A DNA stretch of 64,000 bases, from the IMG/VR virus record IMGVR_UViG_3300033463_000013, positions 96,001-160,000 of that record; one strand, 5' to 3'. The notes below the pieces were generated by a model. That model was given only the letters and a program-made list of their open reading frames with translations, was not told the origin of the DNA and searched no databases. This DNA comes from a virus (lineage: Duplodnaviria; Caudoviricetes). Both the position numbers and the translations under genes were made by a program. Within the stretch, counting starts at the first letter, position 1; each line of letters begins with the position of its first letter. Shown in pieces: positions 24,144 through 35,001 of the stretch.

Positions 24144-25225
24144 ACTTTCCAAATTCCTCCCTTCTTAGCTGTTTCTGTAGTCTGGCGAAATAAGGTATTA
24201 GATGCTGGATATTTCTCTAATATAATTTCAAGCTGTTCGCGCTCAGGGCGCCGGTCAGATAATTTTTTATCTTTTGGTATCCTATCTATAATACTTTTAT
24301 AATCTTTTGTATCGCCTTGCGACCAAGTAGCAATTAATTTTGATATATCTGAAATTGGATTATAACAGCCTATCATTGGTTCTTCATATTTAATCTTAAT
24401 AGGAATGTTACAGCTCCAAAATACATATAATAAATTTAATTTATAAATTATATCTTTTAAATAATCCGATTGATAATGAAATGAGCCGCCAAGTGAAAGA
24501 TATACCTAAGCGCTTGGACTTACTGCAGCCAATAAGCGATTCTTATAATGCTTCATCAATATTGGTGTTTCTTTTAATGGTATATTTAAATCTAAATATG
24601 CATCATTACTTCGATTAATTAAATAATTTTCACGGACATCTAAAAAATCAGAAATTTTCTTATAATGAGCCGGATGAATAAAATTAATTGAAGAAGGCTT
24701 CCTATCAATCATCTTATCTATTATATTTCTCCAACCATCTTGAAAAAAATCTATATCATAAATATAAATACGATGACGTTTTTGAATTGCAGGAAGAGGT
24801 AGCACATCCTCTCCCGCGTGCCATCTATAATATGAATTATCTAGTAATCGCGCAATTTCAATATCTTTTATACCAGCTACACGCTTATCTTTTAAAAAAT
24901 CATGATATATACGTGTGCGCGCGATAGTATAATCTATTAATTTATTTTCAAATGGAACATATTTACCATTGGTAAATGCTGTTCCTCCATATATAATATT
25001 ATCTGCTCGTTTAAAAATATCTGGCACAGTCACAAAATCTTTAGATTCACTAAAAATATATATCTTTTCATAACTTGTTAATTCAGTTTCATCTAAGTTA
25101 ATCAGACGACAAAATTTATTTTCTTCTTGTTGATAGTAAGTAGCAAGTTTCATTATTTCAAGATTTGGAGGGCAGAGTGATGGTTTCTGCCACAATTGTA
25201 ATTGTAAATCAACTAAACCTATCAC
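24140..25225 (-). CDS. Hypothetical protein, 361 aa (one in-frame TAG at 24506-24508); N-terminus resembles phage radical-SAM-associated proteins but lacks CxxxCxxC
   Basis: ORFs 24506-25225 and 24140-24376 are in frame and joined by one TAG; N-terminal MIGLVD...PNLEIMKLATYY and IIYGGTAF motifs. Confidence 0.7.
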
Positions 25226-28200
25226 TCTTCTACCTCCACACGCTCGGTCTGGAATTCTAAAGTTCCGTCATTATGTATTGCTATTATTTTAGAGATAATT
25301 GGATAAAAACTATCTTTACGTTTTTTCGGAATGAAGTCTTGTCCTCTACGGATACCCTGTACCATTAATAATGTTCCACGCGAGAACCAACTTTTCTCGA
25401 TAACGTGTTTCTTACCATCTAAACCTCTTTGAGATAATTGTTTATCATACCCTGCATATTGATTCTTATAAATCTTCACATTAACAACACCACTGGGTGT
25501 CAGTAATGTTACGGTGTTTTTCATCTTGCTCTTATCTATTACTGTACCAATAATTCTTCTTAATTTATATACTCTAACTTCATTACCATCTTTACCTGTA
25601 AATGAATAATCTACTTCGGGTTCCTCTGGTAATTTGAAAAAATCATCATATAAATATTGTGCTTCTTCTAATTCATGTGAATGACTATAAAAGCTTACAG
25701 ATTCCATTTCCCAATGAGATATTGAGCCGCTAGCATATTTATTAAACATTTCATTATAAAGCGCTTGATTTAATTGTTCTAGCATTTCATTCTTATGTTC
25801 TTTTAAATATATTCTAATAGGATCCATTCCTCTTTGATAGAGATTGTCCCATACTGCGGCAGCAATTCTTGTACCATTAGATAACCAGTCCGCGCTGAAG
25901 TTGTTTGCAATAAAATTAACCGCGGAATCATTTAATTCATAATATTCAACCTTCTTTTGTTGCTTTAAAAACTTGTTGAATAAGAATAATTTTTTACAAA
26001 ACATAAGTTCTTCTGGAATCAAATTATAATTAATTAACATCTGCATATTTTGAAGTGTTAATCTTTGCTTTTTATCAGAAATCAATTCGATATATTTTGC
26101 CATGATTTCTTCACGCGGAACGCCCATTAAACTGTCAAATGCTCCGCATTTAATGAGGTTTGCCATTTGTATCTTATTGACTTTAACTTTGTCCAAAAAT
26201 TCTTCCATCGATCTAAATGGACGCCCACCCATAATATCTTTGATGGTAGACGTTGATAATCTTGTAATACCACGTAGACCGTAGAGGATTTCATTACTTT
26301 CAACCACTGGAGTAAAGGTGTAACTGGAACCATTGATATCGGGTGGAGCGACCTTAATTCCATATGTACTGAACCGTCCGATCGCTGCTGCAACCTTACC
26401 ATAGTCAACTGTTTTAGATTTTTCTTTCTTTTTATCTTCTTTCTCGCCTTCTGTAAGTTCATTTTCTTCCTCCCATTCTTCTTCCTCAATATCATCTTCT
26501 TCGGCCTCAGGTTCAACATCTAAACCCTCATCCTCATCTTCAACCTCTTCAATTTGAATGCCACCGCTATCTACAATTAAATTTGCGGTGTTCCAGAAGA
26601 TGATTGGATAGAAACGAGCAAGATTCATTTCTTGAAGTGCTATCATGGAGTATGAATACGTATGCGCAGCGTTAAATCCATATCCACGGCTCAACGCAAC
26701 TTCAACATCCCAGACATAATGACAGAACTTTTCATTTAATCCCTTTTCCTTAACATTATCAAAAAACTGTTTAGTTAAGGCATCATAATCTTTAGGATTC
26801 TTTTTTGCAATTGACTTACGAAGTTTATCAGCCCACTGTAAGTCCCAACCGCCACATTCAGGCAACTGAACCAACTGCATGAACTGTTCTTGTGTGATAG
26901 ACATGCCATCAGATATGTCTAATTCACGATGCATAATGGCCCGTTGTTCTTCAGTTAAACCCATCTGTTGCATTTCTCTATCCCATGCTTTTGGATTTTC
27001 TCTAAACCTCGCATATTTATCTAATGGACTTTCCGCGCCTTTTTCTGTCGCCATTAAACGAATAACCGAGTTAAGAACTGCTAATTCGTCAACACTTCGT
27101 GGATGTGTCAACGCAATTCCACGAACTCCACTTTGCTGTTCCATCTGGAATAAACTAACTATTTCGTGATTCTGGACCATATCCCACATTTTTTCATCGT
27201 CACGATTTATCTTATAAACTCCAAGAGCATTCTCATATGTTTCTCTTAAAGTTGGATACTGTTTTATATAACCTTGTTCTACCAATAAGTCAAGACAAGT
27301 ATGAATTTTATCCGCAGCTTCAACACTCAACAAGTCCATCTTAATCATGGATACATCTTCAAGGTCATGTAACTCAAACTGTGTAATTACCGTACCATCG
27401 GGCGCCCGCATCAATGCGCTACTTTCTGTAAAGTCCTCATCTGTGAAGACTACACCGCCCGCATGAATACCTTGACCACAAATTAAACCTTCAATCTTAC
27501 TTGCTACTTCCCAAAGTTTGGGATATTTATTTATTTCATTAACAAATGATTGAGTTGGCGCGATGCCATTATCTTCATCACCATAGTATGTTTGCTTTAA
27601 TGTATATACTTGACCACGCTCACTTGGAATTAAATTTGAGATATATGATGCTTCATCAACATCAATTCCTAATCCACGTGCTGCTGTTTGAATCGCTGAT
27701 TTTGACTTTTCTGTCTTAAATGTTGCTACATTTGATACTCGGTTCTGACCATATACTTTTCTTAAATGTTCTAGAACCTGCGCTCTACGAACACCTTCAA
27801 TATCAACATCAATATCAAGTACTGATACACGAGCTGGGTTAAGGAATCTCCAAGGATATGTCTTCGTCTTTTCACGTAAACAATTTATTTGAATAATATC
27901 CAAAGCATACAGAAGAACAAATCCCATACCAGAACCACGTGCCGGCATTACTAATGTTCCAGCATTCCAACATTCATCAATAATTTTTTGAAGATTGAGG
28001 AAGTATGCTGACCATTGTGCTTTATTTACTTCTGAAGAAATCCATGTCATTTCAAGACATTCATTTAATGCCTTATATGCTTCTTCATTTTGAAGATCTT
28101 CATGTTTCATAATGCCTTCTACTACGGCATCTACCAACATATTATCTGCGCGATGAGGAGAACCAATGAATTTTTCTAATTCTGGAATCTTCTCTATATA

Positions 28201-29178
28201 ATATTCCAAATCATCATTACTATGATTATTAAATTCACGCCATGGCAAACTCGGAATCTTTAGTGGCTTTAGAATACTAAAATCTTCACATTTATCTTTA
28301 ATCTCACGAATTGCCGCGTAAGCCGACTCAATCTCATCATCACTCATATACTTTAAGAATCCACGCACTTCTTCATCTTTCATCATGTAAGTTGTTGCGT
28401 AGAAACTCTTAACTTCACGGTCACCATCTTGTGCATTAAGAAATGCTTCATGAATTGAAGCATCTTCTGGACGACCATAATGGCTATCTGTTGTAATAAT
28501 ATATTTTAATTCAAGTTCTTTAGATATTCTGAGCAACTGTTGATTAACGAAAATCTGTTCTTTATTGTTGGAAGGTTGGATTTCGAGATAGAAATTCCCT
28601 TTACCGAATATATCTTCAATATACATGCACCAACGTTTAGCGGTTTCATAAAATTCTTCATCTCCTGTGTCCATATATCTTAACAAAAACTTATCTAATT
28701 GTGAGCCAAGACACGCGCTTGACGCAATCAAATGTCCTTGATTCGGTTTTACAATATCTTTTAAATCCTGATAATAAGTTGGACGTCTGCGCTGGCGCCG
28801 ACTCATATATGAACGCTGCCACGCTCTTGTAGATAACTGACAAATCTGCTTATATCCTTCCAAATCCTTCGCGAGAAGAATGAAGTGGAAGTATCTATCT
28901 TTTGTCTTATCATAATTCTTCGCGGTCAAACCATTTCTTGTAAGGTAAATCTCATTACCGCGAATCAGCTTAAAATCTGGATGTTTTTCTTTAATTTTCT
29001 TATAATATTTCTCTGCCTTAATATAACTTGATATAGTTTCATGGTCTGTTATTGCAACACACTCATGCCCAAGTTCTATGGCTAAATCAATCAAACCTTG
29101 TACGGTGTTAATACAATCACGCAAAGTTTCATTACTATATTCAGTATGATTGTGCATACTACCTGGATATTGTGACAT
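25222..29178 (-). CDS. dnaE: DNA polymerase III alpha subunit (C family)
   Basis: PHP domain (HNHTEYS, AITDHE, TTDSHY), ARGSG, LDIDVD, GIHAGGV, KMDLL, YGFNAAH, PPDINGS; start placed at MSQYPG behind GAGGTG; no in-frame TAG. Confidence 0.96.
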   Translation of the reverse strand: MSQYPGSMHNHTEYSNETLRDCINTVQGLIDLAIELGHECVAITDHETISSYIKAEKYYKKIKEKHPDFKLIRGNEIYLTRNGLTAKNYDKTKDRYFHFILLAKDLEGYKQICQLSTRAWQRSYMSRRQRRRPTYYQDLKDIVKPNQGHLIASSACLGSQLDKFLLRYMDTGDEEFYETAKRWCMYIEDIFGKGNFYLEIQPSNNKEQIFVNQQLLRISKELELKYIITTDSHYGRPEDASIHEAFLNAQDGDREVKSFYATTYMMKDEEVRGFLKYMSDDEIESAYAAIREIKDKCEDFSILKPLKIPSLPWREFNNHSNDDLEYYIEKIPELEKFIGSPHRADNMLVDAVVEGIMKHEDLQNEEAYKALNECLEMTWISSEVNKAQWSAYFLNLQKIIDECWNAGTLVMPARGSGMGFVLLYALDIIQINCLREKTKTYPWRFLNPARVSVLDIDVDIEGVRRAQVLEHLRKVYGQNRVSNVATFKTEKSKSAIQTAARGLGIDVDEASYISNLIPSERGQVYTLKQTYYGDEDNGIAPTQSFVNEINKYPKLWEVASKIEGLICGQGIHAGGVVFTDEDFTESSALMRAPDGTVITQFELHDLEDVSMIKMDLLSVEAADKIHTCLDLLVEQGYIKQYPTLRETYENALGVYKINRDDEKMWDMVQNHEIVSLFQMEQQSGVRGIALTHPRSVDELAVLNSVIRLMATEKGAESPLDKYARFRENPKAWDREMQQMGLTEEQRAIMHRELDISDGMSITQEQFMQLVQLPECGGWDLQWADKLRKSIAKKNPKDYDALTKQFFDNVKEKGLNEKFCHYVWDVEVALSRGYGFNAAHTYSYSMIALQEMNLARFYPIIFWNTANLIVDSGGIQIEEVEDEDEGLDVEPEAEEDDIEEEEWEEENELTEGEKEDKKKEKSKTVDYGKVAAAIGRFSTYGIKVAPPDINGSSYTFTPVVESNEILYGLRGITRLSTSTIKDIMGGRPFRSMEEFLDKVKVNKIQMANLIKCGAFDSLMGVPREEIMAKYIELISDKKQRLTLQNMQMLINYNLIPEELMFCKKLFLFNKFLKQQKKVEYYELNDSAVNFIANNFSADWLSNGTRIAAAVWDNLYQRGMDPIRIYLKEHKNEMLEQLNQALYNEMFNKYASGSISHWEMESVSFYSHSHELEEAQYLYDDFFKLPEEPEVDYSFTGKDGNEVRVYKLRRIIGTVIDKSKMKNTVTLLTPSGVVNVKIYKNQYAGYDKQLSQRGLDGKKHVIEKSWFSRGTLLMVQGIRRGQDFIPKKRKDSFYPIISKIIAIHNDGTLEFQTERVEVEE

Positions 29179-29203
29179 TTTCTCACCTCTTTCTACTATA
29201 TCT

Positions 29204-29232
29204 ATTATATCATAAAATTTAATTTTTGTCAA
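29204..29232 (-). promoter_or_regulatory. sigmaA-type promoter for dnaE
   Basis: TTGACA-17 bp-TATAAT with TG extension. Confidence 0.8.
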
Positions 29233-29624
29233 TGCCAAAACAGAAATGCTATATATGTTATAGCTATCTGAATTAAATGTAATGTTTGGTCTGTAATTAA
29301 ATTTATCTCTAATTTATTCGCCTTTTCATTATCTATATAAGCGTGCCAGAATGTATTCCATAGTAGAAATAGTGGATAATCAAAATAGAAAAATATCTCA
29401 TTATAATTATTTATAATTCCATAAACTAATAATGGTAATAATATCATAAATGCCCAAGAAAAACCGTGTACTATTAAAACTACTTTATAATCATCTTTAT
29501 ACATAGGATTTGGCGCATTCTCTTTCCACCATTTCTTTTGCTTCATCTTTGCCAATATTCCTTGTAAATAATAATCATCTACAATATGACAAAATATCAT
29601 TATAAACAGCAATATTAATTTCAT
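29229..29624 (-). CDS. DUF3307-like membrane protein
   Basis: HIVDDYYLQ, HAYID and DQTLH motifs with hydrophobic helices. Confidence 0.75.
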   Translation of the reverse strand: MKLILLFIMIFCHIVDDYYLQGILAKMKQKKWWKENAPNPMYKDDYKVVLIVHGFSWAFMILLPLLVYGIINNYNEIFFYFDYPLFLLWNTFWHAYIDNEKANKLEINLITDQTLHLIQIAITYIAFLFWH

Positions 29625-29632
29625 ATTATACC

Positions 29633-29869
29633 TCATCCATAAGGGTTCTCGTGCGCCCTATAATCCCAATCTATTTGATCTTTAAATTCTTCTTGTTTTT
29701 TCTCAGTGAATGTGCGCCACGCTTCCAAGTCTGAAAATTGCATATGTTCTTCATGTGTACCTTCCCAAATATAATGTTTACATACTTCACATCTTTTGGG
29801 TTCTTTTTCTTCTTGATACCAACGATTTCCGCACCAAGGACATTCATAGTAAAATACATCAGAACTCAT
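29633..29869 (-). CDS. Small Zn-ribbon protein
   Basis: CPWCG...CEVC. Confidence 0.65.
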   Translation of the reverse strand: MSSDVFYYECPWCGNRWYQEEKEPKRCEVCKHYIWEGTHEEHMQFSDLEAWRTFTEKKQEEFKDQIDWDYRAHENPYG

Positions 29870-31634
29870 ATTTACTATTATCCTCTACTAACTCATAATC
29901 ATCAATGAAACACTGGACTGACTTTTTACCCATCCATTCATTAAGGTTTGCGCGCCCATAAATAGTAAGTTTTTTCATCCTATTATTCATAACTTCCTCA
30001 ATAAAGTCTGTATCTTTAAATTTCACATAATCAATTCCATTATATGAAATCTTAACACTACTTCTGTCCGCGCCCATAACATTAACACTCATAAGTGGAA
30101 TATTCTTTACAATAATCTTCGGCTCATCAATATGATTTCCAAAGTATTCTGGATGCGCTGCTAAACAGCCTAGTAATTCATCATTATAATCATTACCATC
30201 TAGAATGTAATCTACAATATAACAATTCTCAAAGTCTTCAGCTTTTAAATGACTATTTGCATAATTAAGTAGAGCATTTAATTTGTCTCCATTAAGGCCC
30301 CAGCCGGCCGCATTATCATGTCCAGCTGTATATGTTACAAGACCGCTATCTTCAAGGAACTTTTTAAAGCTAGGAAGTCCAGCAAAATTACCATCTGATC
30401 TAATACTTCCTTGAATTTCATTATCATTATTACGGCGACCAATCATGACTGGCTTGCGATATTTTGTAACAACATTCATAGCAATGAGACCAGTTAATTC
30501 TTGTGGAATATTATCTGAACCATCTAGTTCTACTATAATAATATTATTATCATCAAGACCATCTTTTTGAATTTTAAAGTCTACAATTCCCATAGCTTGT
30601 TCTTTTAATCGATCCTGACGGGATTTTGCATTTTTACCTACACGTGCAGTTTGTTCAGCTGCTGTTTCCCAATCTCCTGGTTTTGCTCCACGTTTAGTAC
30701 TTTGTAAAGGTTTATTTGGTTCAATAAAGCAATATAACATTGCCTCTTTCTCTGATGTGGTTCCAACTCGTGTAATGGCATTGATTAATGGCGCGATATA
30801 AAAGGCAATATCAATTGGATTTAATCCTGCATAAGGCGCAATTGCTTTATCTTTTAATGAATAGGATTGTGCTTCAATTAAAGTTTTAAATCCTTCATTA
30901 GTAATATTCCTTAATCCTTCCATCATTATATAATTTGTTTCAACATTAGTTCTATCCATTACATCAGCGATTTCTCCAAGTGCTGCCAAATCAATATAAT
31001 TATGAGCCTGCTCAATACCAAGTTTATCATCTAAAACTTCACAAAATTTATAGACTACGCCCGCGCCACATAGAGATTTGTTTGTATATTCTGGTGATAG
31101 CTGATTGTTTACTACAATAACAGTAGGCAAATCTGATACAACAGGATTACCTTGATCATCATATAATTGGTCATGGTGATCTAAACAAATAACATCCATA
31201 CCTAATTCACCCAATGCACGATGTTCTTTTACATCATAGCTACCAGCATCTGGACATACTACTAAATCCCACTTAGCTTCATCTGTAATCCAGTCAACTT
31301 TATCATTTAATCCATGCTGCTTATGTTCATGCACTGTAAATTCTAATCTTGCCTCTGGAAAGATATGTTTAATATAAAGCCATAAAATACTTGAACTAGT
31401 AAAACCATCAGCATCGCAGTCTACTATAAATAATATATCACTATTTCTACGTAGATGATATAATAGCTTTTCCGCTGCGGCTTCAATATTTTTTAGTTTA
31501 TATGGATTTAATTCACAAGTTTCTGCAGATGGATTAAGAAAATTTTCAATATCTTCTACTCCCCTATCATGGAGTATTTCTTTTAATGCTTTATCTGGAT
31601 TTGTACTATAACTATTTCTTAATCTATATTTCAT
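29859..31634 (-). CDS. recJ: RecJ-like ssDNA exonuclease (DHH family)
   Basis: DCDADG, LDHH, LCGAGV, LGEIADVM, PLINA, GSIRS, AGHDNAAG. Confidence 0.92.
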   Translation of the reverse strand: MKYRLRNSYSTNPDKALKEILHDRGVEDIENFLNPSAETCELNPYKLKNIEAAAEKLLYHLRRNSDILFIVDCDADGFTSSSILWLYIKHIFPEARLEFTVHEHKQHGLNDKVDWITDEAKWDLVVCPDAGSYDVKEHRALGELGMDVICLDHHDQLYDDQGNPVVSDLPTVIVVNNQLSPEYTNKSLCGAGVVYKFCEVLDDKLGIEQAHNYIDLAALGEIADVMDRTNVETNYIMMEGLRNITNEGFKTLIEAQSYSLKDKAIAPYAGLNPIDIAFYIAPLINAITRVGTTSEKEAMLYCFIEPNKPLQSTKRGAKPGDWETAAEQTARVGKNAKSRQDRLKEQAMGIVDFKIQKDGLDDNNIIIVELDGSDNIPQELTGLIAMNVVTKYRKPVMIGRRNNDNEIQGSIRSDGNFAGLPSFKKFLEDSGLVTYTAGHDNAAGWGLNGDKLNALLNYANSHLKAEDFENCYIVDYILDGNDYNDELLGCLAAHPEYFGNHIDEPKIIVKNIPLMSVNVMGADRSSVKISYNGIDYVKFKDTDFIEEVMNNRMKKLTIYGRANLNEWMGKKSVQCFIDDYELVEDNSKYEF

Positions 31635-31647
31635 TGTTTCTCCTTCC

Positions 31648-32769
31648 TTATCTTACTTTTATTCTATGTTTAAAAAGTTCTTCAAAAACTTCCTTGCCTT
31701 TATCAAATGGAGAATCTTTATATCCTAAAAGATTATCCATATCCCATATATAATAAAAAGTTGCTTGGCCCTTATATTTATTACATAGATTTTCTATTTT
31801 TGTTCTATATTCTCTAGCTTCATTAGAACGCCAATCTTCATATTCTTTATCAAATGCAATTGTTATTTCGTTTGCGCCTAATACATTAGTTAATAGACTA
31901 ACTTGAAACTTATTTACATTTGAACCGCAGCAAGCAACTGTATTACTAAAATCATTATAATATCCATCATCAAGCAGAACAGATTTTTCACCTTCTGCTA
32001 TAATTGCACTTCTCCTTTTTTGAATTGCTTCTTTATGCTCATATATTCCATAAAGATTAAAATGTAAAGGGTGTGCATATAACGTATTTGCTATTTGAAC
32101 TGGCCGATATTTACCGTATTCCGCGGCTTCCTCTAAGTCCAGCGTTCGCGCGCGAATACCAACTAATTGTCCATTTATATCAAAATGTGGAATTGTTATC
32201 TTATTTTCTGCATTCCACAGACCAATGTTAAATTTATCCATAACTTCAGGTTTAATACCATCCTTTAGCCATAATGGATGATGATATGGAAGAAAATAAG
32301 TCAACATTTCTTTTGGATAGGATGTTAATTGAGGTATTGATGAATCAAATTTATACTGTTCAAAGTTTATATCTGACTTATATTTTTTCTTATCAGATAA
32401 TACTATATGTTTTAAACATTTTTTAACATAATCAACTGCTTCATTAAACTCTACTTTATGATAATTAATTCTCATAAATTTTTGATAGAGTGTAAAAATC
32501 GACATAGACTCATTACATTCTGTATAGCATTTAAATATTTTATTATTCTGATACCAATATAATTTCATTGATTCTGCTTCATCAAGTGGATTATGACAAA
32601 TAGTAGGACATACTAAATATCCTTTATCTTCATAAATTGCTATTTGATCAACCCCTAAACTTTCAAGAAAAGTTTTAATATCATCTAGAGTAATAGAGTT
32701 AATTATATCTTGAATTGTTAAGTCTAAAAGTTCAAGTTCAGAGTCAGACCCTTGCAATGATGCTATCAT
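31648..32769 (-). CDS. DNA primase (Zn finger plus TOPRIM)
   Basis: CPTICHN...CYTEC Zn finger, ITIPH...GIRAR, AEGEKSV, IAFDKE. Confidence 0.88.
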   Translation of the reverse strand: MIASLQGSDSELELLDLTIQDIINSITLDDIKTFLESLGVDQIAIYEDKGYLVCPTICHNPLDEAESMKLYWYQNNKIFKCYTECNESMSIFTLYQKFMRINYHKVEFNEAVDYVKKCLKHIVLSDKKKYKSDINFEQYKFDSSIPQLTSYPKEMLTYFLPYHHPLWLKDGIKPEVMDKFNIGLWNAENKITIPHFDINGQLVGIRARTLDLEEAAEYGKYRPVQIANTLYAHPLHFNLYGIYEHKEAIQKRRSAIIAEGEKSVLLDDGYYNDFSNTVACCGSNVNKFQVSLLTNVLGANEITIAFDKEYEDWRSNEAREYRTKIENLCNKYKGQATFYYIWDMDNLLGYKDSPFDKGKEVFEELFKHRIKVR

Positions 32770-34370
32770 TTGTTTTCTTCCTCTCCTTCTATACTAATCA
32801 CTCGCTCACTCGCACTTGAAAATAAATCCAATGGTTCATTAATTGGCTGATTATCTGCTGTTGTTATAAATAAATCTTTTCTTGCTCCAGTTCCTAAATG
32901 TATATTACACCATATTCTAATCATCTTGTAGCGGCCACGCCGCATTTTATATATATCTAATACGTGAGTTGGACGTTCTCTTATATCTTCTTCTTTAATC
33001 GTACCTTCACGCACTGCAGCCCTTAATCCTGGCATAATTGAGTTCCATCCCTTTTCTGAAACTCTTGTCATTACATATCCCATATCACATTTATCTGCAA
33101 CTGCTTTTGAGCCGCGAATACTTTTTTCATCTTTAAATCCCATTTCATCATCGCCCATGGCTAGTGCATTTACCTGTGTTGCTGAGAATATAAATAAACC
33201 ATAATCTTTTGCTAATTGCTTTAATTGATTAGCCATTAACATTAGAACTACGTCTTCTCTTAAATTATTCTTTGAGAATTGAGTTACCAGACTTGCCGTT
33301 GTATGAATATAATCAAAAAATACAAATTCTACTTCATCAACGGTCGCATATTTTCTAATTGTGGCTTCAACATTTTGTAAATTCGGTTCACTAATTTCTT
33401 CAATAATAAAATAACCACTATACTCTTCAATAATTTTTGCTGCACATTTCACTCGGGTATATTCTCCTAGTTCATAATGCCCAGTGATAATATGATCTTC
33501 ATCTACACCAGATAAATATGCTAGCATAATTGTTTGAAGTTCTTCTTTATCCATTTCTGTTACAATGAATAATACTTTTCGTGGCTGCCGAGGTTCTCCA
33601 TTTGCATTTATTTCTTCTATGAAACCATTCTTTTCATGCGACCATCGTTTAGGATATGCAATATGACAGGCATCAAAAATACTTGTACGAGATTTACCAC
33701 CACTAGTTGAAGATGATTTAAGAAAGAAACATCCTGGACGTGCACCACGACATACTGAACTAAACATCTTTCCCTCTAAACTTGGACCGATACTGGGAGA
33801 TTTTCTTAAATCTTCAATTAACTTTTCCAGACCTTCTGCAGGGTCTCCTTGCATTTTTCCGCCATTAAGAAAATCATTTCTAATTTCAGAATAATCTCTT
33901 TCTATACTATTTAATATGTCTGCTAATTTTGCTTTATCTAATCTTTCAATAATTTCTGCTTCAATACGAGGATCTTTTACATCTTTATCATCAATATAAT
34001 ATTCGCTAATATCATAATGTGCTTTTTGTAATCTTCTTAATAATGAATACTTTTTTAATCTCTCATAATATACTTTAAAGTTGCTTAATTGGGCATATTC
34101 ATAAGAGTTCTTTAGAAAGTCAAGACCACCTTCAGCCTTATACACTTGTGCGGCGGCACCGCCACCACGTTCAATCTCTTGATCTACTTCTAGCGGCGAT
34201 AACACTTCCGCGCCCGCCTCATATAATTTTCTAATTGCATTTAGACATACTCTTGCCGGTTTAAAATCAAAATCTGAAACCTGTATGTCAGGATATTCCA
34301 AAAATAATAGAGGTTTATACATTAAGCAACCGATTACTTGGCGGTATGCCATAGTGTCGGATAATGTCAT
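32766..34370 (-). CDS. Replicative DnaB-like (SF4) helicase
   Basis: Degenerate Walker A SSTSGGKSR, VTEM, FFDYIH, SATQVN, IRGSKAVADK, KMRRG; adjacent to the primase. Confidence 0.88.
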   Translation of the reverse strand: MTLSDTMAYRQVIGCLMYKPLLFLEYPDIQVSDFDFKPARVCLNAIRKLYEAGAEVLSPLEVDQEIERGGGAAAQVYKAEGGLDFLKNSYEYAQLSNFKVYYERLKKYSLLRRLQKAHYDISEYYIDDKDVKDPRIEAEIIERLDKAKLADILNSIERDYSEIRNDFLNGGKMQGDPAEGLEKLIEDLRKSPSIGPSLEGKMFSSVCRGARPGCFFLKSSSTSGGKSRTSIFDACHIAYPKRWSHEKNGFIEEINANGEPRQPRKVLFIVTEMDKEELQTIMLAYLSGVDEDHIITGHYELGEYTRVKCAAKIIEEYSGYFIIEEISEPNLQNVEATIRKYATVDEVEFVFFDYIHTTASLVTQFSKNNLREDVVLMLMANQLKQLAKDYGLFIFSATQVNALAMGDDEMGFKDEKSIRGSKAVADKCDMGYVMTRVSEKGWNSIMPGLRAAVREGTIKEEDIRERPTHVLDIYKMRRGRYKMIRIWCNIHLGTGARKDLFITTADNQPINEPLDLFSSASERVISIEGEEENK

Positions 34371-34381
34371 ATAAAGCCCCC

Positions 34382-34870
34382 TTAATCATCAAATAAACCA
34401 TCATCTAGATTAATTTCTTTTTTCTCTTTTTTCTTTTCTTGAATTGGAACTACATATTCATGAGTTTCTGTGTTTGCAATTGCAGCAGCAATACTACCGG
34501 CACGTGCTTGTTTATCTGCTTTCCAACTTTTAGTTTGCGCCATAGACTTCGGATTAACTAGTGCCAATGATTCTGTCAATTTATCTTTCTTTAAGACATT
34601 ATAAATATAATCAAGACAAGAAACAATAGAATCATCTGTATATCCATATGTTTCTCTTAATCTTTTACGCTCTGTCCAAATACGAGGTCCCGGCGCTTTA
34701 ATTCCAAATATTTCGCATACTTTATTTGAGAATCTTTCACGTGCTTGCTTTTCTGCTAAACAAGTTTTACAATACCACGCTGATGTTTTTCCGGATGGTG
34801 AAAAATATTGCACCATTTCGTCTTTTCTAATATCTTGTTTACATCCAGCGCACTTACGAGTTATTTGCAT
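34382..34870 (-). CDS. Zn-finger protein upstream of the helicase (possible loader)
   Basis: CAGC...CKTC; function inferred only from position. Confidence 0.6.
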   Translation of the reverse strand: MQITRKCAGCKQDIRKDEMVQYFSPSGKTSAWYCKTCLAEKQARERFSNKVCEIFGIKAPGPRIWTERKRLRETYGYTDDSIVSCLDYIYNVLKKDKLTESLALVNPKSMAQTKSWKADKQARAGSIAAAIANTETHEYVVPIQEKKKEKKEINLDDGLFDD

Positions 34871-34905
34871 ACAATCTACTCCTTTTCATTTTATTCTCTA
34901 TATAC

Positions 34906-34934
34906 AGTATACTATAATTTTCAAAAAAAGTCAA
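34906..34934 (-). promoter_or_regulatory. sigmaA-type promoter
   Basis: TTGACT-17 bp-TATACT. Confidence 0.7.
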
Positions 34935-34970
34935 ATAAAAACAAGAGCGTCCTCAATAGAGAACGCTCTT
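34933..34970 (-). terminator. Intrinsic terminator after the AAA ATPase gene
   Basis: AAGAGCGT...ACGCTCTT hairpin followed by a T-rich run on the minus strand. Confidence 0.7.
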
Positions 34971-35001
34971 TCCGCTCTTTCTACACATGGCAGATGAGCT
35001 A

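Noticed and set aside
21676-29178. Inteins or introns in nrdD or dnaE
   Set aside because: Both are continuous with normal motif spacing; the DnaE insertion lacks intein terminal motifs.
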